DNA of 64,000 nt, taken from Mustelus asterias. Its lineage: Eukaryota. How positions within the stretch are numbered: the first letter of the stretch is position 1; each line of letters opens with the position of its first letter. The position numbers were made by a program, and so were the translations under genes. The stretch spans positions 806,001-870,000 of the forward strand of contig NW_027590151.1 in assembly GCF_964213995.1 (NCBI RefSeq), written 5' to 3'. The notes beneath the pieces were generated by a model. That model saw only the letters and a program-made list of their open reading frames with translations, was not told the DNA's origin and made no database searches. This document shows, piece after piece, positions 35,159 through 47,084 of this stretch.

Positions 35159-37978
35159 ATGGATGGGGACTGCAATGCACGGCATTGCAGAGGTGGGGTG
35201 GAGCAGGGTTTGAAATGTGTATACTTCAATGCCAGGAGTATTCGCAATAAAGTGGGTGAACTTGCAGCGTGGATCAGTACCTGGGACTTCGATGTTGTGG
35301 CTATTTCAGAGACATGGATAGAGCAGGGGCAGGAATGGATGCTGCAGGTCCCGGGGTTCAAATGTTTTAGTCGAAGTAGGGAAGGAGGTAGAAGAGGGGG
35401 AGGGGTAGCATTATTGGTCAGAGATTGTATCACAGTGTCAGAGAGGAGGTTTGATGAGGACTTATCTGTTGAGGTAGTATGGGCGGAGATTAGAAATAGG
35501 AGAGGAGAGGTCACCCTGTTGGGAGTCTTTTATAGACCTCCTAAAAGTTCTAGAGAGGTTGAGGAAAGGATTGCGGAGTCAATCCTGCTTAGGAGTGAAA
35601 GTAATAGGGCAATTGTTATGGGGGATTTTAACTTGACTCATATTGACTGGAATTGTTATAGCTCTAGCTCGTTAGAGGGGTCAGTTTTTGTTCAAAGCGT
35701 GCAGGAAGGTTTTTTGACTCAGTATGTAGACAGGCCAACTAGAGGTGAGGCTATATTGGATCTGGTGCTGGGAAATGAGCCAGACCAGGTGCTAGACTTG
35801 GAAGTTGGTGTGCATTTTGGTGATAGTGACCACAATTCGGTTACGTTCACCTTAGTGATGGAAAGGGATAGGCATGAACCTCGGGCCAGTGGTTTTAGCT
35901 GGGGGAAGGGTAATTATGAGGCTATTAGGAGAGAATTAGGAAACATAGGTTGGACTAGGAGATTACAGGGACTGGGAACGTCCGACATGTGGAGTTTTTT
36001 CAAGGAGCAGCTACTGCGAGTCTGTGATAGGTATGTCCCTGTCAGGCAAGGAGGAATTGGTAGGGCTAGGGAACCGTGGTGCACCAAAAAAGTTTCTTTG
36101 TTGGTTAAAAAGAAAAAGGAGGCTTATGTTCGGATGAGACGTGAGCACTCGGGTAGTGCACTAGAAAGCTTTAGATTGGCTAAGAGGGAGTTGAAGAGCG
36201 AGCTTAGAAGGGCTAAAAGGGGACATGAGAAGACTTTGGCGGATAGGGTTAAAGAGAATCCTAAGGCGTTCTATAGGTATGTCAAGAACAGAAGGTTGGT
36301 TAGGGCAAGTTTAGGGCCAGTTATAGATGGCAGAGGGAAGTTATGTGTGGAACCGGAGGAGATTGGTGAAGCATTGAACCAATATTTCTCTTCGGTGTTC
36401 ACGCAAGGGGACATGAATATAGCTGAGGAGGACACTGGGTTGCAGGGGAGTAGAATAGACAGTATTACAGTTGATAAGGAGGATGTGCAGGATATTCTGG
36501 AGGGTCTGAAAATAGATAAATCCCCTGGTCCGGATGGGATTTATCCAAGGATTCTCTGGGAGGCAAGAGAAGTGATTGCAGAGCCTCTGGCTCTGATCTT
36601 CAGGTCGTCGTTGGCCTCTGGTATAGTACCAGAAGATTGGAGGTTAGCGAATGTTGTCCCATTGTTTAAGAAGGGGAACAGAGACTTCCCCGGGAATTAT
36701 AGACCGGTGAGTCTCACTTCTGTTGTCGGCAAGATGTTGGAAAAAATTATAAGGGATAGGATTTATAGTTATTTGGAGAGTGATGAATTGATAGGTGATA
36801 GTCAGCATGGTTTTGTGGCAGGTAGGTCGTGCCTTACTAACCTTATTGAGTTTTTTGAGAAAGTGACCAAGGAGGTGGATGGGGGCAAGGCAGTGGACGT
36901 GGTATATATGGATTTTAGTAAGGCGTTTGATAAGGTTCACCATGGTAGGCTTCTGCAGAAAATGCAGATGTATGGGATTGGGGGTGATCTAGGAAATTGG
37001 ATCAGGAATTGGCTAGCGGATAGGAAACAGAGGGTGGTGGTTGATAGTAAATATTCATCATGGAGTGCGGTTACAAGTGGTGTACCTCAGGGATCTGTTT
37101 TGGGGCCACTGCTGTTTGTAATATTTATTAATGATCTGGATGAGGGTATAGTTGGGTGGATTAGCAAATTTGCTGATGACACCAAAGTCGGTGGTGTGGT
37201 AGACAGTGAGGAAGGGTGTCGTAGTTTGCAGGAAGACTTAGACAGGTTGCAAAGTTGGGCCGAGAGGTGGCGGATGGAGTTTAATGCGGAGAAATGTGAG
37301 GTAATTCACTTTGGTAGGAATAACAGATGTGTTGAGTATAGGGCTAACGGGAGGACTTTGAATAGTGTGGAGGAGCAGAGGGATCTAGGTGTATGTGTGC
37401 ATAGATCCCTGAAAGTTGGGAATCAAGTAGATAAGGTTGTTAGGAAGGCATATGGTGTCTTGGCGTTTATTGGTAGGGGGATTGAATTTAGGAGTCGTAG
37501 CGTTATGTTGCAACTGTACACAACTCTGGTGCGGCCGCACTTGGAGTACTGTGTGCAGTTCTGGTCCCCACATTACAGGAAGGATGTGGAGGCTTTGGAG
37601 AGGGTGCAGAGGAGGTTTACCAGGATGTTGCCTGGTATGGAGGGGAGATCCTATGAGGAGAGGCTGAGGGATTTGGGATTGTTTTCGCTGGAAAGGCGGC
37701 GGCTAAGAGGGGATCTTATTGAAACATATAAGATGATTAGAGGTTTAGATAGGGTGGATAGTGATAGCCTTTTTCCTCTGATGGAGAAATCCAGCACGAG
37801 GGGGCATGGCTTTAAATTGAGGGGGGGTAGTTATAGAACCGATGTCAGGGGTAGGTTCTTTACCCAGAGGGTGGTGAGGGATTGGAATGCCCTGCCAGCA
37901 TCAGTTGTAAATGCGCCTAGTTTGGGGGCGTTTAAGAGATCTGTAGATAGGTTCATGGACGAAAAGAAATTGGTTTAG
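35159..37978 (+). CDS. CR1 ORF2: APE endonuclease + reverse transcriptase, intact, 939 aa from first ATG
   Basis: YFNARS, ISETW, MGDFN, SDH; QHGF, DFSKAFD, GVPQGSVLGP, FADD. Confidence 0.95.
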   Translation: MDGDCNARHCRGGVEQGLKCVYFNARSIRNKVGELAAWISTWDFDVVAISETWIEQGQEWMLQVPGFKCFSRSREGGRRGGGVALLVRDCITVSERRFDEDLSVEVVWAEIRNRRGEVTLLGVFYRPPKSSREVEERIAESILLRSESNRAIVMGDFNLTHIDWNCYSSSSLEGSVFVQSVQEGFLTQYVDRPTRGEAILDLVLGNEPDQVLDLEVGVHFGDSDHNSVTFTLVMERDRHEPRASGFSWGKGNYEAIRRELGNIGWTRRLQGLGTSDMWSFFKEQLLRVCDRYVPVRQGGIGRAREPWCTKKVSLLVKKKKEAYVRMRREHSGSALESFRLAKRELKSELRRAKRGHEKTLADRVKENPKAFYRYVKNRRLVRASLGPVIDGRGKLCVEPEEIGEALNQYFSSVFTQGDMNIAEEDTGLQGSRIDSITVDKEDVQDILEGLKIDKSPGPDGIYPRILWEAREVIAEPLALIFRSSLASGIVPEDWRLANVVPLFKKGNRDFPGNYRPVSLTSVVGKMLEKIIRDRIYSYLESDELIGDSQHGFVAGRSCLTNLIEFFEKVTKEVDGGKAVDVVYMDFSKAFDKVHHGRLLQKMQMYGIGGDLGNWIRNWLADRKQRVVVDSKYSSWSAVTSGVPQGSVLGPLLFVIFINDLDEGIVGWISKFADDTKVGGVVDSEEGCRSLQEDLDRLQSWAERWRMEFNAEKCEVIHFGRNNRCVEYRANGRTLNSVEEQRDLGVCVHRSLKVGNQVDKVVRKAYGVLAFIGRGIEFRSRSVMLQLYTTLVRPHLEYCVQFWSPHYRKDVEALERVQRRFTRMLPGMEGRSYEERLRDLGLFSLERRRLRGDLIETYKMIRGLDRVDSDSLFPLMEKSSTRGHGFKLRGGSYRTDVRGRFFTQRVVRDWNALPASVVNAPSLGAFKRSVDRFMDEKKLV

Positions 37979-38073
37979 GTTGGAGGGTCACAGTTTTTTT
38001 TTTAACTGGTCGGTGCAACATCGTGGGCCGAAGGGCCTGTTCTGCGCTGTAATGTTCTATGTTCTATGTTCTA

Positions 38074-38226
38074 CAGTGCAGAAGGAGGCCATTCGGCCAC
38101 CGAGTCTGTACCAACCACAATCCCACCCAGGCCCTATTCCCACAACCCCACACATTTACCCTGCTAATCCCCCGACACTATGGTCAATTTATTATGGTCA
38201 ATCACCCTAACCCACACATCTTTGGA
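38074..38226 (-). mobile_element. HE1 SINE 3' half
   Basis: CAGTGCAGAAGGAGGCCATTCGGCC...CACATCTTTGGA. Confidence 0.8.
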
Positions 38227-38779
38227 ACCAAAAGAGAAAATGCTGGAAAATCTCGGCAGGTCTGGCAGCATCTGTAAGGAGAGAAAAGAGCTGACATTTC
38301 GAGCCCAGATGACACTTTGTCAAAGCTAAAAAGCATAGAAAGTGGGAGATATTTATACGCAGGGTGAGGGAATGAAAGATGAGTCATAGCCACAGAAACT
38401 CCTTTGCTTCCCCTTTCCCTAAATATTACCTCTCTCCCACCCATTCTTCCCCCCCGTCCCCCCACATCTTCATCTGTCACAGCTTACCCTCTGATTTCAG
38501 CTTCTCTGCCATTAGGCCAGTCACACCCTTTATTCTCTCTATGGACTGCCATTAGCAGCCTTTTCCCCTGGTTTCTGTGGCTACGACTCATCTTTCAGTC
38601 CCTCACCCTGCAGCATAAATATCTCCCACTTTCTATGCCTTTTAGCTTTGACAAAGGGTCATCTGGACTCGAACCGTCAGCTCTTTTCTCTCCTTACAGA
38701 TGCTGCCAGACCTGTTGAGATGTTCCAGCATTTTCTCTTTTGGTTTCAGATTCCAGCATCTGCAGTAATTAGCTTTTAT
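38227..38779. mobile_element. Penelope-derived fold-back element with two decayed hammerhead motifs
   Basis: Inverted arms ~38227-38400 / 38570-38745; AGCT TTGACAA A GGGTC..GACTC GAAC CG TC AGCT; imperfect TSD CCRCACATYTTTGGA. Confidence 0.7.
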
Positions 38780-39601
38780 CCGCACATTTTTGGACAAGGG
38801 ATAATAATAAATCGAATCAAATAGGTAACATTGACAAAGTGCTATATATTCCAAGACAAGAAATAGGGAATCATAAATAACATAGTATATAACATACAAC
38901 TACGTTAAACATATCTCTGTCCCATACTAATTTACTGTTCATTTAAATATTAGCCCTCTCCTGGGAAACTCCCCCTTTAATTGTGAACATTGGGTAAGAG
39001 GCTATCCTATTATCCAGATAAATAAATCTGTCAAACTTAGGGAGTTAAAGGTTGTCTATGTCTTTGCGAGAGAAAGAAAAAGATACCTGGGCCTAGTCCT
39101 GCTCCTAATTCCGGTGTCCGTCTGTAACCCTTCCAGAGTGTGCAGCCTCCCTGGATTCACTTCATTCCCTTCAGTTGCTGCAAGTCCCCAATTTCCCCCA
39201 GAATGAGAAAAGAAATGGAAAGAGGGAAACATTGATTTCCTCCCAGATGTTGGCCCAGAGGAGGAAGTTTCCCTCTGAAGCTCGTTGGCCAACTTCCGCG
39301 TTGTGATGTCACAATGGAGCCCTGTCTGAAGCAGCCAATAGGAATCAATCTGCTCCACGGTGACGTCCTGATGTTCCAGTGCGCAGGCTCGGAAGCTGTC
39401 GCCTCTCCACCCCCTCCCCCCGGATAGGCATCAATTGATGCCCCTCCTCCGGGTTCTGGCCAATCGGGAAAAAGATACCTTTTGGTTTCAGATTCCAGCA
39501 TCTGCAGTAATTAGCTTTTATCCGCACATTTTTGGACAAGGGATAATAATAAATCGAATCAAATAGGTAACATTGACAAAGTGCTATATATTCCAAGACA
39601 A
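38737..39601. repeat. Perfect 123-bp direct repeat (38737-38859 / 39479-39601) bracketing an inverted promoter/exon-1 block
   Basis: Copies read identical; the enclosed 38900-39285 is the reverse complement homolog of ~6960-7300. Confidence 0.85.
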
Positions 39602-40676
39602 TTTATTGCAGTAAAAGTCTGAAATGAATGAAACCTTATTCTTTGGTTTATTCCATTGGGATTGTCTGGGAATTGTTTATTTGAAGATTATCAGTCTCTA
39701 CGGAGATCATAACAGAGGTATTTCTAGTTTTGTTATTGTACATGTTAGATGTATTATTTTTGGTGCTGCAGTAAAGTACATTTATTTTTTATTTCTATTC
39801 TTGGAATATAGTAATATAGTTGTGTTATATATTTCCAGTCAGTGAGACATTGCAGCACAAAAAGAGTCCATTTGGCAACTCGAGTCCATGTCAACTCTCC
39901 ATAGAACAATCCAGTGGGTCCCATTCCCCCTCTGTATCACTGTCCTACAGGTTTATTTCTTTTGAATGACCAACATCATTTGAAATCATGGGTTCTCTCT
40001 GCTTCCACCATCCGCATGTGGGGTGAATTCCAGTTTATGACCACTTGAAGTCCAAACAAACATTCAACACATATTCCCTACCTCTCTATAATAAAGTAAT
40101 ATAGCACTTTTACACAAATGATAGTCCAGTTCTATATGAATATAAGGGATATATTGGTGAACAGCTTGCCTGAAGATTGTCAGGTCTTTGTGTCCTGGAG
40201 CATGAACCAGCAGCTTCAGCAGAATCGGGAGGGTGAAGATTCGGTGCAGAATGTGTGGGACAGAAATTTACAACTTTTCAGGAATAAAAGAATAGAAAAT
40301 AGTTTAATTGAATCGAGAATTGTCCATCCTGAATTTATTTTCTATGTGCACGGTGTTGACTTTTGTAAACTTCTTTCACAGGATATTAGAAGGGGAGGAT
40401 TTACAGGACAGAAATATCAAAACAAAACATTACGTTCAGATCTGACAGTCACTCGATTAATCACAACGTGAATATCATTGGCCTTTGACTCTAGAAGGAG
40501 AATTGTTTGGGTTTGTTTCTGTCTGTGGGAAAAGATTGAACATTAGTGTGACTGGAAAAGCACTGAGAAGTACAAACCTGAGTGTGTGTTCAGGTTACAC
40601 AGCCTGAAAAGCATTGCCCCATTTACATTGAGAGGGAGTGTACATCTGTTCTCAGTGAGGACGAGGCTTCATCTGA

Positions 40677-41786
40677 TTGTCAAACCTGGAGGGACAGGCG
40701 GCCTCCCGCATCAGGGAGAAACAGTGGAAATGTGGGGACTGCGGAAAAAGATTCAAAGCACCGTGTGAGCTGGAGATTCATCGACGCAGTCACACTGGGG
40801 AGAAGCCATTCACCTGCCCTGATTGTGGGAAGGGATTCTCTCAGTTATCCAACCTGCTGACACATCAGAAAATTCACACTGGGGAGAGGGCATTCACCTG
40901 CTCTGAATGTGGGAAGGGTTTCGCTGATTCATCTCGTCTTCTGACACACGGACGCATTCACACGGGGGAGAGGCCTTTCACCTGCATTGAGTGTGGGAAG
41001 GGGTTCGGAGATTCATCCAGCCTCCGGAGACACAAGCGAGTTCACACTGGGGAGAGGTCATTCCCTTGCTCAGTGTGTGGGAAGGGATTCAGTGATTCCT
41101 CTGCTCTGCAGAAGCACCAGAGAGTTCACACTGGGCAGAGGCCATACACCTGCTCTGACTGTGGGAGGGGATTCACTCGGTCATCTCACCTGCTGATACA
41201 TCAGCGAGTCCACACCGGGGAGAGGCCGTTCACCTGCACCGTGTGTGGGAAGGGATTCAGTGCATCATCTACCCTGCAGAACCACCAGGCAGTTCACACT
41301 GGGGAGAGGTCATTCACCTGCTCCGTGTGTGGGAAGGGATTCACTCAGTTATCAACCTTGCTGCGACACCAGGCAGTTCACACTGGAGAGAGGCCATTCC
41401 CCTGCTCTGTGTGTGGGAAGGGATTTACTAGGTCCACTAGTCTGCTGACATACCAGCGAATTCACTCTGGAGAGAGACCATTCAGTTGCACTGAGTGTGG
41501 GAAGGGATTCACTGATTCCTCCTGCCTCTGGAAACACCGGCGAGTTCACACCGGGGAGAGGCCATTCACCTGCTGTGTGTGTGGGAAAGGATTCACTGAG
41601 TCGTCCAGTCTGCACGCACACCGTCGAGTTCACACTGGGGAGAAGCCTTTCACCTGCTCTGAATGTGGGAAGGGATTTGCTGATCCTTCCAGCCTGCGGA
41701 AACACAAGCAAGTTCACACGGAGGAGAGAGGCTGTTCACCTGCTCTGAGTGTAGGAAAGGATTCACTGAGTCATCCAACCTGCTGA
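40677..41786 (+). pseudogene. C2H2 ZNF locus 7 (type A): 12-finger ORF with no ATG and a frameshift before finger 13
   Basis: Family start ATG reads AGG; no Met in 369 codons; His>Tyr in finger 9; extra AG at ~41725; acceptor TTTCACAG| at 40381. Confidence 0.7.
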
Positions 41787-41846
41787 GACATTATGGCAGT
41801 CACACCGATTAGAGACCTTTTAAATACTCTGCCTGTGGGCGTTAAT

Positions 41847-42680
41847 TGTATAATTTGGGGTTAAATATATACAAGCAGTGGACATTGATTAGATGTTTAC
41901 ATGAGCACATATAGACACTTACTGACAGAGCATGGAATGGTATTAGGAGTTATATACCAGTAATGTTTCACTCTGTGAATAAATCTATACCAAGTAAAGA
42001 TTGGAACCAGTTTCCTCCTTCACCATAAAACGGTCAGGATTATAACGTGGTGACAGAGAATGTTTAAAAATACATGAAGTTTCCAATCTGAATGTTTTAG
42101 AAGGAATAATGATAGCTTTGATAAAAATCAAAGGGAAAGATGCAAATTATCTTAAAACTACACAGACAATTTGTTCACACTTTTTGCCAAAGATTAAAAG
42201 TCCTGCTTCAAGATGCAGGAGCAGTTGATGAAGAGTATACGAGACTCATACAAGAGACGAGTGCAAAGTGTACAATGTATAAAAGTTATCGGAGGATGCC
42301 ATCACATCCCAACAGTGAACCTTCCCTTGGCCCTTGGGGCTGGAGCTGTGGCACCAGCTCAGTTTCTGAATGAGGATTTTTGAGACGTGTGTGAAAACAT
42401 GAACATTCTGGTCAGGAACACGGCAGCTGAAAGTCCTTTCAGTGATGGACTCTGTGAAAGGAATCACACGGTGATCGATGAAATGCTGCAGGAAATCTCA
42501 GCTGATCAGCCAAACTGCAAGTTGACAACTGCACCGGCCTGGACGATTCATGTAAAGAATTCACTTCAGGTGGTTGGAGAGTATAATCCCTGTTAATTGG
42601 TCTGTGGGAAAAATTCCAAATGACCCTCTGTGCTGGGGATAGTCCTCCTGATTTAGAAGGGATGACAATTAGTACAATTT
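41847..42680 (+). mobile_element. Copia-like relic: ~200-bp LTR, PBS and integrase fragments
   Basis: TGTATAAT...ATTATAAC termini; TGGTGACAGAGAATG resembles a tRNA-iMet PBS; KLHRQFVH...C zinc-binding remnant; TAAESPFSDGLCERNH integrase core. Confidence 0.65.
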
Positions 42681-43409
42681 TTATTCATTTATTGTCTGAT
42701 TGTTTCACTGGTGCTCGAGCTAAGAAATTATTGTAGATCCTTGATGAGGGGTGTCTTATAGTGTAATACTTTGTACAAAATAAAGACCATCATGTTTTTA
42801 TTTTTCAAATTGTTTTGAAATATTGAGTGTTGTTATAATTCGGGTCGAGAACATTAACGTTCAGTGAGAAATCCAAACACCCATCACAAGATTCCAGGTT
42901 TTTAAACAAAATCAAACTTTACTGAATATAAACAGAATATTAAAAACCAGCTCGATGAATCATATTTTGTAAAGATTTATGCTGTAAACTCAGTTCTGAC
43001 TCAAAACATGAACTCTGTTTTCACTCTCTACAGATGCTGCCAGACCTGCTGAGATTTTGCAGCATTTTTCCTTTTTTGTACTTTTTAAACCCTTACTCCT
43101 GGACAAGAATGCCCTTATACTTAATATCTTGAATGTACATTCACTTCTGTTCCTGGGACAAATCCCAAAGGTATGTCAAAGCTCCCAGAATTAACTTTAA
43201 TTCTCCTCAGTATTCCAGCTCTTCTCCAGGCTCCAAGATTTCATGAGGATCCTTCTATTAGCTTTCGGCTAAACAACTCTCCAACTTTCCTTTGTGATTT
43301 CAAAATTGACTCAAAACATGGACTTCTCAATCCAAGCATGGGCTTTACTGCCTTCTTGCTGAGAGATTGATACAATAGGAACACCCATGGTTCCTAATGA
43401 CCTCCTCGG

Positions 43410-43532
43410 CTCCCGGTCCCACAGCTGGTTCACAGCTCCCGCTCCCACAGCTGGTTCACAGCTCCCGCTCCCACAGCTGGTTCACAGCTCCCGCTCCCAC
43501 AGCTGGTTCACAGCTCCCGGTCCCACAGCTCC
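43410..43532. repeat. 26-bp minisatellite, ~4.7 copies, within an LTR-like segment (~42830-43970)
   Basis: Unit CTCCCG(C/G)TCCCACAGCTGGTTCACAG. Confidence 0.9.
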
Positions 43533-44719
43533 CAAGCTAACTGCAGACTGCCTGCTTTCTGTGAAAAACATCAAGAAATCCAACCCACACCATCCTGAAT
43601 CACTTATCCTCATGGTACCAGACCAGGAGGGATGTCCAAAAGATGTTTAAATTAATTAACTTTTAGTTTCAGAACCAAACCTTTTTTCTTGAGGTCTGCG
43701 TGAAGAATTCCCCTCTCGAACAAAGACAGGAAAAACAGTTGTCAGACCCAATGTCTCCAGCTAAAAGAGCCCAGCTGCCGTGTTACACTTGTTCTTACCC
43801 TTCGAGCTTTGACTTCTCAAACCAATATGGGCCACACCTTGTGACTGCAAATTCCCTCAGGGTGTTTTTATCAGATTCTGAAACCAGGTTTTCCAGTTGT
43901 TACATTTTTTTAAAAATCCAAAATTAATATTTCTGAAACACATGAATTATTAAACTAGATCTTCACAACATATTCCCAGGAAGAAATGAAAATGTATCAC
44001 TCTATAATATCCCAATTAGAATATTACAATGTAAAGCATACTGTATATCTTAACAACAGTCATGATCTAATCGAATTGTGGAGCCGGCTCAAAGGGCCAA
44101 ATGGCCTCCTCCTGTTCCTAAATCCACTGTTTTCCTCTGTTGATCTATCTTATAACCTGCAATAGACATAATAATCCCTCCATTGTCCACTTCACAGTCA
44201 CAAGTCCAGCTTGGTGACAGCACACTGCTGGGTTCCATGTCCAGGAATCTCACTCCACTGAAGATGGAAAATATTATTGCTTGTAGTGTTTTCTGAAAGT
44301 TTTCTTCTTTCAATAATTATAGTAATTTTTACTAATTATAGTTTCTTCTGCAAGAGGACAGTCCTCATTGCTGTTCAGTTGTGGATTTCCAATTCTGAAA
44401 ACAGTCTGTTCAGAGTTCACATTTTGAACTTCACTTTCTTCCATGTTTGTAGCTCCTCCATTGTTTAAATCCAGAGAGAATATTCCAGTCAATTCCACAT
44501 TAAACTGTCTTCTTCTTGCTCTGTTGTAGCTGCAGCTTCATTTTTAACTCCACTTCCCAGACTCAAACATTCTGGATTCTCTTTTGGAGAGAGCAAGTTC
44601 AAAGCGGCTTCTTTCTGTTCCTTCATTGGACAAAATCTTCTTTAGCCACTTTAAGAATGTTGTTAAAATGCTTTTTATGTTAAGCAAAAAGGTCTGATAT
44701 TCTTGTTTGGAGCATTTTG

Positions 44720-45125
44720 GATCTTGGACTTCAGAAATCGGGGAATTGAGAACAGAAGCAGGGAATTTATTCTGATAGTTTCTAAAGCTCTGGTGAGGCC
44801 ACAACAGAATACTGAGCCCAGTTCTGGTCACCACACTTTAGGAAGGATGTGAGGGTCCTTGAGAGAATCGAGAGGAGATTTACCCCACAATGGTTCCAGA
44901 GATGAGGAAGATGACGCGAATGTGGAACTTGCTACCAGTGAGTGGTTGAGGTGAATAACATGAATACATTGAAGAGGAAGCTAAATACATAAATGAGGGA
45001 GAAAGGAATAGAAGGATATGCTGATGGGGGGAGATGAAGAGGGGGGTGGGTGGAGGCTCATGTGGAGCATAAATATTGACACAGACCAATTGAGCCGACT
45101 GGCCTGGCCCTGTGCTGTAGACTCA
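44720..45125 (+). mobile_element. Old CR1 3' fragment
   Basis: CTGGTGAGGCCACA...CAGTTCTGGTCACCACAC and a decayed tail. Confidence 0.65.
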
Positions 45126-45363
45126 CTGGAACAGAGACAAATGTATTTATTTTAGATTTACCTCGTGTTTGTGGATCATCACAGTAAAATGTGCACTCCC
45201 AAATTCAAACAGCATCGACCCACTGGCAGCAAAGCCATGAGGTTGGTCAGTCCAGCAGAAAGAAACCCTCCGACCCTCTCACTTCAGCAACTGTCAGAAT
45301 GAACATGGTTCAGTCCTGGATGTGATCAACAGCAGCAAGAACAGCAGAATCCAACTCCTGTAA

Positions 45364-46195
45364 TCACTTGTGAATTCGCTGGTGTCTTAGCAGGTGAGAC
45401 GACCGTTTAAATCTATTCCCACAGTCAGAGCAGCTGAACGGCCTCTCCCCAGTGAGAACTCGCTGGTGTGTGAGCAGATTGGAGATCTGAGTAAATCCCT
45501 TCCCGCACACAGAGCAGGTGAATGGCCTCTCCCCAGTATGAACTCGCTGGTGTGCCAACAGGGTGGATGAATGACTGAAACCCTTCCCGCACACAGGGTG
45601 ACTCCCCAGTGTGAACTCGCTGGTGTATTAGCAGTTGGGATGATGTTCTAAATCTCTTCACGCAGTAAGAGCAGCTGAACGGTCTGTCCTCAGTGTGAAT
45701 GCGCTGGTGGCCCATCAGAGTCTGAGAGCTTTTGAAGCTACGCTCACAGTCAGAGCATTTAAACGGTCTCTCATTCGTGTGGGTGACACGGTGTGTCTGC
45801 AGGGTGGATGAATGACTGAATCCTTTCCCACACACACAGCAGGTGAACGGCCTCTCCCCAGAGTGAACTCGCTGGTGCCTCCACAGGGTGGAACGATCAC
45901 TGAATCCTTTCCCACAGTCTGAGCAGGCGAAAGGTCTCTCCCCGGTGTGAACTCGCTGGTACGTCAGCAGGCTGGATAACTGAGTGAATTCTTTCTCACA
46001 CACAGAGCAGGTGAACGGCCTCTCCCCAGAGTGAACTCGCTGGTGTCTCAGCAGGGTGGTTGATATACTGAATCCCTTCCTACACACGGAGCAGGTGAAC
46101 GGCCTCTCCCCAGTATGAACTCGTCGATGTGTGTCCAGTGCAGATGGGCACTGGAATCCCTTCCCACAGTCCCCACACTTCCATGGTCTCTCCAT
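45364..46195 (-). pseudogene. C2H2 ZNF locus 8 (type A), 10 fingers, frameshifting deletion after finger 7
   Basis: ATG 46195 (MERPWKC); deletion near 45600; His substitutions in fingers 3 and 9; acceptor opens the exon at 46545. Confidence 0.8.
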
Positions 46196-47084
46196 GGTGC
46201 CAGTGTCCTTTCGATAATCAGTCGATTCCACATCCAAGTACAGAACACATGTACAGTTTCTCCTCGCTGTGAATGGGGTGACGTTTTTCAGGCTGTGTTA
46301 CTGGTTGAAGCTCTTTCCACAGTCAGTTCACTGGAACACTCTCACTCAGGTGTGTGGGGTCTCCATTCTTGTCCAGTCACACTGATGTTTGAAATCTTTT
46401 CCCACAGACAGAACAAACAAACATTTCTTCTCATACATTCAAATGGCAATTATATTCAGGTCCTGATGAATCCAGTGACTTTGTAACATCTTGTTGTGAC
46501 GTTTGGTGTGAGATTTCAGTCTGTACATTCTCTCCTTCTAATATCCTGTTTATAGAAGTTATCAGTGTAAGTATAGAACTGAAATTCAAAACAGACCATT
46601 CTAGTTTCCATGGAATATTCTTTGTTTTCTCATTCCCTAAAGTTGTAAATCTCCATCCCACACACTCTCCCCCCATTGTCATACTGCTGTACCTCATACA
46701 CACCCTCCCAATTCTCCTGAAGGTGCTGATTCAGGCTGATTGACAGACCCATGCTCCTGTCCAGTACAAAGAGACCTGAAAATCTTCATGCAGGCGGCTA
46801 CCCAATGTCCACATTACTAAACATATCATTGATCAGCAATAGAAAGGAGATGTGAGGACCAATTTTATTCATGAATGGTCACGACCTGACCTCACTGCTT
46901 CTGTGCATGGTGGAATCAGAAATGATCAATGATTTGAAAAATAAATCAGATAGGTGTGAAGGAATTAAAAAGGGAACAGAGTTATGGAGGGGAAATGGGA
47001 CTGAGTGGATTGATGTACAGAGAGTCAGCATGGACTTCTTCCAACTATCACTGGAATATATACAAAATTTCAGGCAATGTAGTG

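Larger units (their letters stand above)
34444..38073 (+). mobile_element. Young CR1 LINE, 5'-truncated within ORF1
   Basis: Partial ORF1, intact ORF2 and (GTTCTAT)n tail; inserted into the tail of a minus-strand HE1 SINE. Confidence 0.95.

Noticed and set aside
43410-43532. CRISPR-like periodicity (also the 84-bp ZNF periodicity)
   Set aside because: Units are contiguous without unique spacers; vertebrate DNA, no cas genes.
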